Part shown: positions 11,978 through 24,589 of the stretch, in pieces
How positions within the stretch are numbered: the stretch's first letter is position 1
Layout of the letters: each line of letters begins with the position of its first letter
Translations under genes and position numbers: made by a program
The notes under the pieces: generated by a model
Database searches by the model: none
Told to the model about the DNA's origin: nothing
The model's input: the letters and a program-made list of their open reading frames with translations, nothing else
Source of the DNA: Camelus ferus
Lineage: Eukaryota
Direction of reading: 5' to 3'
Assembly: GCF_009834535.1 (NCBI RefSeq)
Contig: NC_045696.1
Coordinates: 5,892,001 to 5,956,000 of the forward strand
Length of the DNA: 64,000 nucleotides

Positions 11978-12937
11978 GTGAAATAAACTGGTCTAGGCAC
12001 TTATAAGAAGCAGAGGCAGTTACACAGACCCCCAAGTAGAGGTTTGCTTGGACCCTGCCCTGTCCTGCTGGTCCCAGGGTGCATGGTCCGGATCACACAC
12101 TAGTGTGTCGCTGTACTAACCTTCGTACCCGAGTGTAAAGGTGCCCGATGTGTGCCTGGCTTTTATGGCTGGCTGGTGACTGGAAATAGTGCTATGCCCC
12201 CAGCCCCTTGTTCTAGGGTTTCCCTGAACTGGTAAAAGATGAAATTTCCAAGGAGGCAAGCCAAAAATTAATCAGATGCTTTGCTTCAATTAGAATTAGG
12301 CTGCCTGCCAACGTCTGGTTTGTCGACAGCCACCAGCACCACGGGATCTGGTCTTCGAGCCAGTTTTTCAATCTGTATTTGGAAACGTTGCCCGTCTTCT
12401 ACCTGGCTGGGTGGCCTGCCGTATATTCTGAAACCAACCTCGCTTCTCGGTCATCTTTGATGTTATCCCTGGCTGAGTAGTCCGTACATTTCTGTCCATG
12501 TGCTTCAGCTACAGTGTTCGTGCCTCCTCCTCCTCTCTAGGTTTCTCTGGACACAGTACATACAATTTTGCTGCTACTCTAATCATCAATTGTTTCCATT
12601 TATTTTCAGGAATGCATAATATTTACTTCTTTCTGTTAATGGTATTTTAATGTTACTTTTCTTACAAATGTACATTCTCTGGGCTGGAACAGAGCCATCA
12701 TGGACTAATAGTTTTAAAAGCTGACCTGGTTTATTTTTTGTTCTCAGTAACTTTTGTGGATGCAAAGCCATTTATTTCTTCAAAGTGCAGATGAAACTGA
12801 GAACAAAAGTGACTGCTCAGCTTCCACTGTAAATGTTGAACTGTTTTTGAATGAGTAGTGGAAAAATGATCTCAGGAGCCAGGCTTTCTCTGTACTGACA
12901 ATAAATTGCTAAATAAATGACTGGGAAAAGGGAGACT

Positions 12938-13211
12938 CTTTTTTATTGAAGTAAAATTGATTTACAATGTATTACTTTCAGGCTAATAGCAAGGTGATTC
13001 TGTTATACATATAATAGATACATAGCTATTCTTTTTCAGATTCTTTCCATTATAGGTTATTGCACAGGACTGGATATAATTCCCTGTGCTATACTGTGGG
13101 TCCTTGTTGTTTAGCCATTTTATATACAGTAGTGTGTATCTGTTAATCCCAAACTCCTAATTTATCCCTTTCCTCCCTCTCCCCTTTGGCAGCTGTGAGT
13201 TTGTTTTCTGT
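12938..13211 (-). mobile_element. Short L1 3' end
   Basis: ttttttattgaagtaaaattgatttacaatgt ... ttccctgtgctatac ... atcccaaactcctaatttatccc. Confidence 0.88.
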
Positions 13212-13224
13212 GGGAAGCCTCTTT

Positions 13225-14050
13225 CTTACAGGAGGATGCTGGCTGATTAATGTACTGGAAGTGTTGCCGTTGCAAAATCATCATGCTGTATTCATCCTGT
13301 AGACATTGGTTTAAGCAAAAACATCAATGGATGCTAAATCATGCACGTGTGAGTTTGATGAGGAGCAAGATATTTACATCGTCTTAAAGTGTCTCCCCAC
13401 AGATTGCATAGGTTACTTATTATTTACAAGGGGGGAGTGCAGACAGCTCTATGCACGCAGCAGACAACACTTTTAGCTGGGAATTAACACCCCAGTTGAG
13501 GGCAGATGACGCTGGCCGCCTCCAGATAGGACTCCCCCAAGGAAGATACAATGTTCCTTAGGGCATATCTAGCCAAGATGCATGGCCTGAATCTAACCAA
13601 GAAGTAAACATCAAACAAACCCAAGTAGAAGGATATTCTGTAAAATAACTAACTTGCATTCTACAAATGTCATGGAAAACAAGAAAAGTTGAGAGCTGTT
13701 AAGGGAGATTAAAGGAGCCTATAAGGAGACAAGACAGCTCAATGCAGCACGTAATTCTGGGCTGGATGCTGTCTTAAAAGGGGAAACTGCTACAGAGGAC
13801 GTTAATTTCAGCACTTTAATCAGGCATTAAATAATTACTTGGAATAACTTGACAAAAATGGAATATGGACTATAGATCAGACAGAAGTATTGTGTCCAAT
13901 CTCAGTGTTCCAAATCCTAGCGGCTTTCCTGAGGCTCTGTGAAGGGGATAGCCACGTCCCAAGCAGGTTACTCCTTTGGTGTTAAGGTGGAAAGGGCCGT
14001 GATCTATATGACCCACTCTCGAGTGGTTCAGGAGAATAAATAGTCTGTGC
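13225..14050 (+). mobile_element. L1MC4/L1MC5-like 3'UTR
   Basis: aaacatcaatggatgctaaatc, gagtttgatgaggagcaagatatttacat, cctgaatctaacc..aaacatcaaacaaaccc, aaaatggaatatggactatag. Confidence 0.7.
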
Positions 14051-14075
14051 GTGTGTAAGGCCTTGCGTGCGTGCA

Positions 14076-14565
14076 CAGGCATGGGCAGGCCTCGTTTTAT
14101 CGTGTTTCGCTTGGTTGTGCTTCTCAGATGCTGTGTTTTCTATAAACTGAAGGTTTGTGGCACCCTGCAAGCCTGTCGCTGCCGTTTTCTAACAGCGTTT
14201 GCTCGGCTCACCTTGTGTTTCTGTGTCACATTTTGGTAATTCTCAAAATATTCAAAACGTTTTCATCATGATCGTATTTGTTAGGGTAAACTGTGACCGG
14301 TCATCTTTGACGTTACTTCTGTGACTCGCTAAAGGCTCAGAGGAGGGTTAGCATTTTTTAGCAACCAAGTATTTTGTAATTAAGGTCTGTGCGTTGGGTT
14401 TTTCTGACATAATGCTATTGCACACTTACCAGGCTACAGTATAGTATAAAAATAACTTTTATAAGCACTGGGAAACCAAAACATTTGTGTGGCTTGCTTA
14501 ATGGCAATATTTGCTTTATTTTAGTGGTCTGGAACTGAACCCACAGTATCTCTGGGGTATGCCTA
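14076..14565 (+). mobile_element. Tigger1 internal-deletion derivative (Tigger1a_Art-like, about 490 bp)
   Basis: Tigger1 left end (cctcgttttat..gaaggtttgtggca..gtgtcacattttggtaattctc) joined directly to the right end (aaggctcagaggagggttagcatttttt ... tctggaactgaacccacagtatctctggggtatgcct + TA); no transposase. Confidence 0.88.
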
Positions 14566-14679
14566 TATGTATGTATGTATTTTTTTAAAAAAGAAGAAAA
14601 GGCAGAGCTGGAAGGAGGGAGTGGGGCTAGTGGGGATGGGAAGGGACGGGCAGGCTGCAGGAGTCAGCAGGGTGGCGGA

Positions 14680-15125
14680 TCAGTGTCCTTGGGTTGCCGT
14701 CATGAGCTGGGTGGCTTATAAGAGCAGCAGTTTATTCCCTCACAGCTCTGGAGTCGAGCAGTCCGATATCCAGGTGTCTGCAGGGCCATGCTCTCTCCGG
14801 GGACTCTAGGGAAGTGTCCTTCCTTGTCGCTTTCAGTCCCTGGTGGCTCCAGGCCATCCTTGGCTTGTGGCCTCGTCAGTCCGATCTCTGCCTCTGTCTG
14901 CACTGAGCTTTCTTCTTCCACGCGTCTCTCCGTGCACCGTCTCCCTTTCCTCTTCTTACGCAGACACCAGTCGTTGGCTTTAGGACCCACCCTGAATCCA
15001 GGCTGATTTCATCTTGAGAATCTCAACTAATTACATTGGCAATACCCTTATTTCCAGATAAGGTCCCATTTACAGGTTCTATGCGGGCAGATTTTGGGGA
15101 CAACGGGCATATTTGACCCACCACC
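14680..15125 (-). mobile_element. MLT1C-type solo LTR
   Basis: ctgggtggctt...tttattccctcacagctctggag...ggtgtctgcagggccatgctc...ttaggacccaccctgaatccagg. Confidence 0.85.
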
Positions 15126-15144
15126 AGGTAGGACAGGGTGGGCG

Positions 15145-15870
15145 TTAATGAGAAAGTAAGATGGAGAAAAAGTTTAATGGAGGTGAGGAGTGAGCCAGAG
15201 AGCCCTTGGGGTTAAATGTGTTCCAGGAAGAGGAATCAGCTAGAACCAAGTCCCTGAGATGGAGCTGGGGGTGTAGACAGAGCAAAGAGGCCACGTGGCT
15301 GGGGCCGAGGCAGCGGCTGGGACGGAGCTGCCGGGGGAGTGACATCACGGAGGGCCTTGGAGACCATTATAAGGACCCTGCATTTAACTCTGAGAGAATT
15401 GGGGGCGGAAGCCTGACAGCATCTCACTGCAGGAGGTGAGAACGAGGGCAGGGAGACTGGCAGGAGGCTGGCGTGGGAAGCAGCAGTGAACTGAGGGTGG
15501 CCGGGCTCAGAGCTGACAGGTGGGAAACTGAGAAGTGGGTGGATCTTGGATCTGGCCTGAAGGGAGGGCCGGCAGGATTTCCTGACTAATCAGAGGTGGT
15601 GGGTTGTGGGGGGGGGGGGCGGTGGGGAGTGAGAAAAACAAGGACTGAGAAAGACTGCAAGGCCCTTGGCCTGAGCGACCAACCAGAAGGCTGGAGTTGA
15701 AGACAAGGGGGAAGGGGAGCCGTGGGGGCAGTGGGTTTGGTGGAAAGAGCAGGCGCTCAGCTTTGGGCGCTTTGAGCGGGAGAGGCTGGGGCTGAGGTGG
15801 TGAGCTGGCTGTTGAAGATGCAAGTCTGGAATTTGGGAGGGAGCGCTGGGCTGGAGACATAAATTGGGGG
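15145..15870 (-). mobile_element. LINE-2 fragment
   Basis: Antisense L2 motifs: gttccaggaagaggaatcagc..aagtccctgag, gaggccacgtggctgg, gagaagtgggtggatcttgga, gggctggagacataaattggg. Confidence 0.75.
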
Positions 15871-16044
15871 GTGGATGGCTTTTCCTGGGCTTCAGGATTT
15901 CAGATTACGGATGGAAAAGAGAAGGGGAGACTGCAGAGGAAGGGAAGGGAGGAAGAGACGGTGGGGAAGGTGACTGGAGTTGGGCACCTTCACGCTGACC
16001 CCCAGCTTGGGTTTTATGGGCAGATGTACTGTGAAGGAGAGAAG

Positions 16045-16400
16045 AAAGGGCTGTGGATTCAGACAGACCTGAGCCTCTGTTTCCACTGCTGGGAAATGGG
16101 GGTGACCACCATCATCATCCGACCCCCGAGGACCGTGGTGTGAATGAGAACGTAGGCAGACCTCCTTCTAGACAATCACGTGGCCAGCCTCCGTGGTTCT
16201 CTAGGGGCCACGTTCTGGGCACTCCACCTGTGTTAACTCATTTAACCCTCACAGTAGCTAGGAAGTGAGGTGATTATTCTATTTATTTGGGAGTTGGGCT
16301 GTCTGAAGCACAGAGAGGTTACGTACATCGCCTGAGGTCACACAGGTGGTAGGAGGCAGTGCTGGGCTCACTCAGACCATCTGTCTCCAGCACCTATGTG
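16045..16400. mobile_element. Two MIR fragments in opposite orientation (about 16045-16160 +, 16205-16400 -)
   Basis: ctgagcctctgtttcc..aaatgggg; actcatttaaccctcacag ... gaagcacagagaggtt ... gaggtcacacag. Confidence 0.6.
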
Positions 16401-17910
16401 CTTCTAGTACACGTGTGCTGTGCAGGTACTAAACACTCGGAAACTACTCAGGTGTAAAGTCGGGAGGCATAACTGGGATACTGGGAATTATAAATAAAGG
16501 GTCCCATAGTTTTCCTCATTTCCCCTGTGTATGTCTGAGGGTGGGAGCAACTCAGGATGAATGTCAGGCTAAGAGATGAGACAGTGGACTCGTTTTGTTC
16601 TGCTGACTTAAAATATTTCAGCGGATCAGCCTGGGGGCACTTTTCTTCATATCCTGTTACCTTTGGACAATAATTTTCTTTATTCCTGTTTTTCTAAATT
16701 GCCCATCTCCCTTTGGGTTTCAATCTCTTTTTGTGGAGAACAGAATCATCTCATATTTATTAAATAATTCAGTGTTCCACAAACCAGAAGCATTTCCTTC
16801 AAGCCAGGGCAGCCTGGGAGGCAGGACCAGGAGAGGAGGGTGGCGGGGGTGGTGAAGGGCGCATTCCCTCTGGCTCCACAGGAATCCTGCAGGTCTCAGG
16901 GCACTTGCTCCTGGAGGTCAGGGTTGAGGGTGCCACACGTGATGTGCAGGAGGCCCCGTCCCCAACAAACAGACAGCGGGCAGCACTGTGATGTCCCTGA
17001 AGATTTCCCGACCAAGAAACGGCTTTGAAGATCCTTCTTCCACTAATGATAACAAACTGCCTGGTGAGTGATCTGTTCTGGAGACGAAGCTGATCAAAAC
17101 GTGTAACGGACAAGTGCAACTCCCTGTCACCTCGTGAACGTCCCAGGATGGCTGGGAAGGATGGTCCTCGCTCTGGAACATATAACACTTGGTTGGGCTG
17201 TTTCCAAACATAGGGGCCAGGCCAGCGAAGGGTGATGACAAAAAAGATGTGAAATATTAATATGCATCTATTTCTAACAACCAGAAAAGAAATAAAAGGG
17301 ACCCCATCCTCAGGAGTCTCCACAGGCCATTTACAGACACGGGCAGTGCTCCCCGTCTCTTCCACCTCTCTTAAGACAATTCTGACTGACTGCCACACCA
17401 GGAAGCATCGAACACAAGCCCCAGTTTATTTTTCTGAGAAGAAAGTCAGAAAATCATTGTGAGGCCAATGGGAAATTCAGAAGAGGATGAAAAAGAAAAA
17501 AAAAAAAAAAACCCACCTGCTAGTCTGCCTCTGCTAACGTTTTGGCGAATTTCCTTCCCAGGGTGTTTTCTGTGTGTTTTCACGGTGTTGCAAGGTTGGG
17601 GGAATACAGAAGCTATGCTTTTGTTTCCCCAGTTTTTAACTTAATATTATCTTGTGATTGTAGGCAACTTTGAAAAAATGATTGCAATTAAAATCATCTT
17701 TACAAAAACCATTTTAATTGATCCCTGCTCCCCAGGTTATATCCTGTGCTCTCATAATCAGTATTGCCAGTTTACCACTGTCAGGTTGTTCCCAATGTTT
17801 TTCGTAACAGATTATGTTGCAATGAACGTCCTGGCAAATAAATTTTGGAGAGTATCTTGGGTTCCTTGCTTTGGATCGTGGTTCTCCAACTTTCCTTCCT
17901 ATTCTTGGCT

Positions 17911-18029
17911 TGTTTTTTGGGGAGGAGGTAATTAGGTTTATTTATTTTGATGGAGATACTGGGGGTTGAACCCAGGACCTTGTGCATGCTGGGTATGCAC
18001 TCTGCCACTGAGCTAACCCCACCCCCCCC
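17911..18029 (-). mobile_element. vic-1-type tRNA-derived SINE (camelid)
   Basis: Minus strand reads ggggttagctcagtggcagagtgcat (A box) ... gtcctgggttcaacccc (B box) ... aaataaataaacctaattacctcc + A tail. Confidence 0.88.
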
Positions 18030-18559
18030 GCCCCTATCCTTAAAGTGACCTTAATAGCAACTCGGAGTCTTCATTTTTTTTCTTAAAATGTTACGAGAAT
18101 TTTATCTTCTCCACAGTGGACTGGATTATTCTAATGTTAAAATAATGCTGTCAACTACCTATGACTTTGATGATTTCATTCTAGCCTCACCCCTAAAGCC
18201 TTTCAGTACAACAGACTGTCCCAAGAAGATGTGACCTGGGGACCCTGAGGCCTTAGTCTCACCTGGTATGCAGTCACACACCTTAGGGGGCAGAGGTGCA
18301 CCAGACTGAGAAACAGGCCTCAGCAGAGCGGTGCAGAAATGAACTGCAGGGTGAACGGTGGGAACTTTCTGGAAGGTCTTGATACATATGGCCATCACAC
18401 ATGAACACAAAGTAAATTCTACCTGGATGAGCGTTAGGCACAGAAGATGAAATCATAGAAGAGTTAGAAAATATAGATGAACACTGGCTGGTTTTAGGGT
18501 AAAGGAATTCCTGGATAGAGAAGCAAAGGAAGAGCATAATGAAAAAAAAAAAGAACCTA

Positions 18560-19380
18560 GGGAAGCTCCTCCAGGAAAGGGAGCGGCATGTGCCAAGGCC
18601 CTGAGGCAGGGGCATGCCTGAGTAGTTCCGGATCTAGGAGGGAGGACAGTGTGGGCACCGGAAAGCGGTAGGAGGCGTGGGCAAGGGGTGGCCAGGGTGG
18701 GAACACACAGGGAGGACCTCGCAGGTCATGGGGAAGCTTAGCACGGTGTTCACGGCGGGGACAGGGTGCGTCCTGACTGAGGACTTTAAGCTAAGGAATG
18801 TTATAATCTGACTTTTTAAAAAAAAAGTTGAGAGAAAAGTCACATAAAATTCACCATTCTACGTATTTCACAATGTATAATGCAGTGGTTTTTAGTATGC
18901 TCCAGTGTTGTGCAGTGGTCAGCACTCTCTCATTCCAGAGCGTTTTCATCACCCCCAAAAGAAACTTCACTGAGCAGTCACTGCCCACCTCCCGGCAAAC
19001 ACTACCGCCTGTCCTTACGGACCTGCCTGTTTGGACATCTCACATAAATGAGACCTTATGATACGGAGTCCTCTGTCACTGGCTCCTTTCACTGAGTGTA
19101 ATGTTTTCAAGGTCCATCCACGCTGTAGCCGGTATTAGAACCTCCAGCCTTTTGATGGCCGAATAATAATATTCCACTGTATGGATGGACCACGTTTTTT
19201 TGTTTATCCAGTCATCAGAGGATGGATATTTGGGTGGCTCCCACCTGACTGACTTTCTGAGAGGCTCTCTCTGGGCCCAGAGCAGAGCCGGGAGGGTAGG
19301 AAGAGGCGGCAGCCATCACCCTAGACATGCCAGGTGAGGGATGAAGGTGGGGCCGGCAGGTGAGTGACTGGAAAGGGAGG
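18560..19380 (-). mobile_element. LINE-2 fragment interrupted by an L1MB
   Basis: ccaggaaagggagcggcatgtgccaaggccctgaggcag ... ggactttaagc..ataatctgacttt [L1] ... ccaggtgagggatgaaggtgg. Confidence 0.6.
18815..19248 (-). mobile_element. L1MB-type 3' end
   Basis: cataaaattcaccatt..cagtggtttttagtat..ttttcatcacccccaaaagaaac..aatattccactgtatggat; ctgacttt on both sides (possible TSD). Confidence 0.85.
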
Positions 19381-21009
19381 AGGGGCAGCCAGCAAGGCAG
19401 AGCCCCTTTACCTGAGCTGTTTTCTATCAGTGCCCCCCACCTGCTCTTCCTCAGTCCTCTGCCTTCAGGAACTCAGTGATGGTTACCATGAATGAGCACC
19501 CTTCAGCCTCCGTGGGATGTCCTTCCCCAGCCGCCTCCACCTGGACCATTTCTATCTCTCTCTGCGCTCTTTCTTCTGGATTGACTGTAAGCGGCGCCTG
19601 GAGTGAGCCGTGTGTCTGGCACCGACCTGGAGGCGGGTGTTAATTGCGATTTTCCTCTGTGGGGTATAGAACCAGCAAGTCAGGACAATGGGCCCCGCAG
19701 AGCCACCTCACGGGAGCGACCACTGTGCTGCTGCAGACTCAGCCCTCGAGGCCCACGCTGTCACTCTCACCGGGGGAAATCAGCGCACGGACGGTTTCTG
19801 AGATTAAGTGCCGTCCGCTGGGCTACTTTACACCGGACGACGAGAAAAGCCTTCAGCAGATAGACTGTACTGGATTGAATTCCTTGTTTCCAGGACGTGG
19901 CAAGTACTTTAGGTCGTGGTCACGCCTGCAGCGTGGTCCTGTGTTTTACTACTAAGGGCATTGTAACTGAGTAAAAAAGAAAACACTGCGTGATTTGTGG
20001 GTGAAGGTGGCATTAAATCTGTAGCATGGTAGTAAGATTTGGCAATTGCTGCTCTCAACATCCTGCTGTTTAATTTTTTTTAACCCCCCCCTTTTTTTAC
20101 ATTTTAAAAGAATTCTTTTTCATATTTCAAATGGAACACAAACTTATACAAAACTCAAAAACTCCGAACAAAACCAGCAAAGGTCAGAATCTGTCACAGT
20201 GCTGACCCCCAGGGGGCCAGGCGGTCCTCACATGTGAACTCATGTTCTTATCGGCACCTGATGGTTTTCTCAGCTGCTCTGGAATCCGAGCGCTGGTCTG
20301 ACTCCGTTCTGCACTTCTGTCTGACTTTCTGAGCTGGGCCTGCCTTAGTTATGACTTGCTGTCTAGGAAGAGTGCAGAAGGATGGTGACAGAAGCCAACA
20401 GGAAAAAAATGATTGTGAGAAACAGGAATATTGAAGCTACGTGCAAGCACCTAGGTTATTCTTGTTGGGGTTGCTGATTTGACTGAGCAGGGCACTGGCG
20501 AGTCTGAACAATTCCCAGGGGCCTGTCCAACCACTCTGAGCCAAGGGATGGAGACAGATGAGCAAAAGATACAGCAACACAGGGAGGGTCCTAAGTGGGT
20601 CTCGGACAGCGGTCTCTGTTCATTCCCCAGAAACCCAGCTTCCTGGCAACCCATTAACACTTCCGAGTCACAATCAAATGCCCTTCCTGGCCTAACAGGA
20701 ATCAGTAGCTCAGAGCTACCCTGGGTGCCACGCGTTTGGGTGGCCTTGCGAGGAGGCCCGTCCTTTCTCTGTTCCAGGCTGGTGAGTTTTCTCCAGGCTG
20801 ATCCCCCTCATTCACCTTTCCTATACTCTTTTCTGCATTTCCCCCCAGAATTATTTCAGAAATTGAGAGATTCATCAAATTGCCCCAGTGGCCAATCTGG
20901 ATCAGAACCCCAGGCTCTCCCACCTATGGCCAAAGCTCTGAAACGCCCGCCAGGGCTCTTGGAAAATCCGAGGATTCACAAGGAAAGGCATGTCCCACAA
21001 CTGTCCCCC

Positions 21010-21340
21010 ACGCAGCAGCGTGAGCCTTGTAAGGACATCACTCCTTTGCTCAAAACACTAGCATCTTCCCTTCTTGTGCAGAATAAAATCTCCAAGCCCT
21101 GACATTTGCTTTCAAGGTCCTAGGTGGTCTGTCCCCCTCGGTTCTCCAACCTCTTCCCCACTCCAGGTCTCTCCGTTTCAGACATACTGGTTCCCTTGCT
21201 CCACCTGGAATACACCCGCCCCATCCCAGCCCGCCCCATCTCTGGCTTTGCGCTTGCCGGCCGGTCCTCCCTGATGAAACGTTCCCCCTGCAGGTACATG
21301 GATAGATGCTCGCTCCCTCAGTTCATAGCATCTTCTCCCA
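21010..21340 (+). mobile_element. LINE-2 fragment
   Basis: catcactcctttgctcaaaacact..cagaataaaatctccaagccct..ggctttgcgcttgc. Confidence 0.6.
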
Positions 21341-22332
21341 GATGTCCCCTCACCCAAGAGGGCTCCCCCTCACTTGCCTCACTTTTCCCTCTTGGTGCTG
21401 GACTTTGGGTGGCCCAACGCCTGTCCTAATCACAGACGAATGCTTTCACACTGTGAACTCCCAGCAGGTAGGTGGACTGGGGAGTGAGCCACACACTTGT
21501 GGAGAGGTGGGGGCCAGCTAGCCCAAAGGGCTCCAACAATGGGTGAAACTCTGCCAGTGAGACATACGGCAAATTCTCGGATGGCTGGAGGAAATCAGCC
21601 AAATTTCCGGGTTTCTGCCCCCCCGCCCCCCGCCACGTCTACTGGTCCAGCTCGCTTTGATTCTGTGCTCTTTATATCTGCTAATGCCTCCTCTTCCTTT
21701 TCTTTGTTGCCGAAAATATCTGTTGGTCCCAGAGCACACTCGGACATTTAAAAGGACAGCCTCGCCCTTTACTAACAGAAGTGATGAAAGTTTTGCTCAG
21801 TGGCCCTGGCTGTCAAGGGGTTTCCCTATCCTGAGGTCATTTCAGCCCCACAACCGTTCTCAGAGGTTGAAGGGACACACATTCCGTCCATTCTGCCATT
21901 AGAAACCTGAGATGAGCAGAGTTAAACGCCTTCCCCTACTCTTGCAGCTGTCACATGGCAGAGGTGACTCAGACCAGTGGTTTCTTCCTTGTTTGTAATT
22001 TAAAAAAATTTTGATAAAGAGAAGTTTAAGGTAAAATGCTCAGAGGAAAACTCTCCATAACCCCTTGCCTCCAACACAGCCCTTTCTGTCTCCCCAGCAG
22101 GCACGTGACAGGCATCACACAGAATTGTAGTCAGAGGCATGACTCAGCATTGCTAGAAATATTCTGTCATATTGCCACATAGTCTCTCCATAGTCAATTT
22201 TATGAATGTGTAGTAGTCCGACAAATAAAAATTTCAAATAATATGCCTTCAGGTGATTTCTATATATTTTTAAGCTATCACATTGCAGTGAAAAATTTTG
22301 AGTTGTCTTGACGTCTTTCTTTTGAGCCCAGG

Positions 22333-22739
22333 TACCCTGGGTTGATGTGTCCCCCCAAATCTATGTTGAAGTCCTAACCCTCACTACCTCTGAATGTGAC
22401 CTTCTTTGGAAGTAGGGTCTTTGTGGCTGTCATTAAGCTAAGATGAGGTCCTTAGGGTGGGTACTAATCCAATGACTGGTGTCCTTAGAAGAGGAAATGC
22501 CACAGAGGCAGGGACTGGAGTGATGTGTCTAGAAGCCAAAGAACAGCAAGGATGCCGACCACTCCAGGAGCTGGGAGAGGCATGGAGGGAAGCTCCACAG
22601 AGCTTCTGGAGAGAACAAGACCCTGTGGACACCCTGGTGTGGAGCTGTGGCCTCCAGGACTTTGGGAGAAGGCATCTCTGTTGTTGTAAGCCTCCTGGTG
22701 TGTGGTGCCTTGTTACGGCCGCCCCAGGGAACCGACACG
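22333..22739 (+). mobile_element. MLT1C-type solo LTR
   Basis: gggttgatgtgtccccccaaatctatgttgaagtcctaaccc..gaatgtgaccttctttggaagtagggtctttg..ttgttacggccgcccc. Confidence 0.88.
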
Positions 22740-23371
22740 GACTCCAATCCTGACGCTCGGTCAAGTACACCACATACGCCCGCATCTACTGACTATGTCC
22801 CGCTGGCCGCAGGTGAGCGCCGGCACCAGGAGCTGGCACACGTCCAGCCACCCTGGGGGCTCAGCCTCCAGTGGGCTCCCCGGCGCAGAGGCCTTGGCCT
22901 CCCTCCAGCCTGGCCAGCACGGTTGTCTGAGGGAGGAGAGACTCCAAAGCCTTTGCTGCTGAAGGTCAGCCGGGGGGTCAGCCGGGACGACCTTGGGGGC
23001 CAGCCTGTCATTCTTCTCCGCATTTGGCCGTGTGTCCTCAGCAGGTGGGTCTGGAGTTCAGCCCATGTGTTGAGACACAGATATGAGGCTCAGCCAAGCC
23101 CTGATGGACCCCCGTCAGCACCTGGGATGCTGCTGGCACCTCGTTAACTGTGGATGTCATTTCCGTTCCTGACGTCACGGCCATAGGAGCGTAGTCAGCG
23201 TGCAGTTTAAGCCCCACCCCGAGGTGCCCCTTGTGGAGGCTGCTTCTGACCGGCAGTGTTTATGTCATTATTTCAGTGTGGCTGTCAACGCCAGCCCCAA
23301 ATTAACCTCACGTCTTTGCTGGCTGGTTCACGGCATGTTCTCTGGTGGCACAAGCCACCCCCGTCCGATAG

Positions 23372-23623
23372 ATTAGGAGTTTGGGATTAATAGATACACA
23401 TGACTGTATGTAAAATAGATAAACAACAAGAACCTAAAATACAGCACAGGGAACTGTATGCAATATCTAGTAATGAGCCATGATGGGAAAAAATATGATA
23501 AAGTATATATATGTGTGTATATATATATATGTGTAACTGAATCGCTTTGCTGTACACCTGAAACTAACATTGTAAATTGACTATACTTCAATAAAAAATA
23601 AGAATTAAAAAAATACATAAAAC
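23372..23623 (+). mobile_element. Short L1 3' end
   Basis: aggagtttgggattaatagatacaca..acagcacagggaactg..tgtaaattgactatacttcaataaaaaa. Confidence 0.9.
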
Positions 23624-24589
23624 TACACAGATGCAAGAAGACCCCCCCCCCTTTAGTCAGTTTCTCCCCCTGGACTCAGAGCTCAGCTGAAGGTGTCAGC
23701 TGGGCCTTCAGAGAGATGAAATCCTCCATCAGCTCTGGTCCCTGCGGGGCCAGGAATGGGAGGCTGGGCGCTCAGGTCCTGCAGGAACCGGGGAACCTCT
23801 CCCTAGAAAAGACACTTCTGCGCCCTTGGCCCAGGGTTTTGTTATCTCGAAGACCTTGAAAACAGCCCTTAGGGGCTTTTCTCTTACATGCACGATGGAC
23901 GGGGAGGTAAGACAGGGCCCTGGGCAGGGTCTCTGGTCAGCCTCTCACCAGCTGGTGACCCAGCCTCAGTGTGGTCCTGACGCTCGCCCAGCCCCGTCCT
24001 GGTGTGGGGGAGGCGGGGAGGAGGGGAGCTGGAGATGGTGGGTGAGTGTGTGATTCCCAGGAAGCAGGTCCAGGGAGTCTGCAGGTGTCTCATTATCAAC
24101 CCTTTGATTTTACAGAGGGAACGAATTTCCGAGTGAGCGCCTGGTCAGCACCTTTAGAAGTGAGGAAGTGCTACATTGTACAGCGACCCAAGCCTCCCGT
24201 TTCCCCTGTCTCAGTTTTGGGACAGAAAACCCCCAGTCTGTGGGATTAATGACAATCGACTTTATGACTGACATCTCCCCCAGCAACTGAACGGCCCCTC
24301 CAGCCGGGGTGGCCGACAGTGCCTTTCCGCAGGGGTCGTTCGTGTGGGTGATGACAGTCCAGGGGCTCCCCCGAGGCAGGACGGAGCCTTCCCCTGAGTC
24401 CTCATGCAGGGCTGGGGATGGGGTTCAGAGTCGGGTGGCCTTGTGAGGCCAGGTGCTGGGAGAGAGGAGGCTGGAGGGGAGGAGCCACCAAGAAGTCAGC
24501 CAGGTGTGGGGGCTGGAGCTAGTGTGTGGGGGGAGTGGGATAGGCCCTCTGGGGTAGGGTCCTTTGTTTCCATTTTAAAAAATTTTAAT

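Noticed and set aside
17960..18025. tRNA-like sequence with A and B boxes
   Set aside because: It is the head of a SINE with a non-tRNA tail and two further diverged copies in the window, not a tRNA gene.
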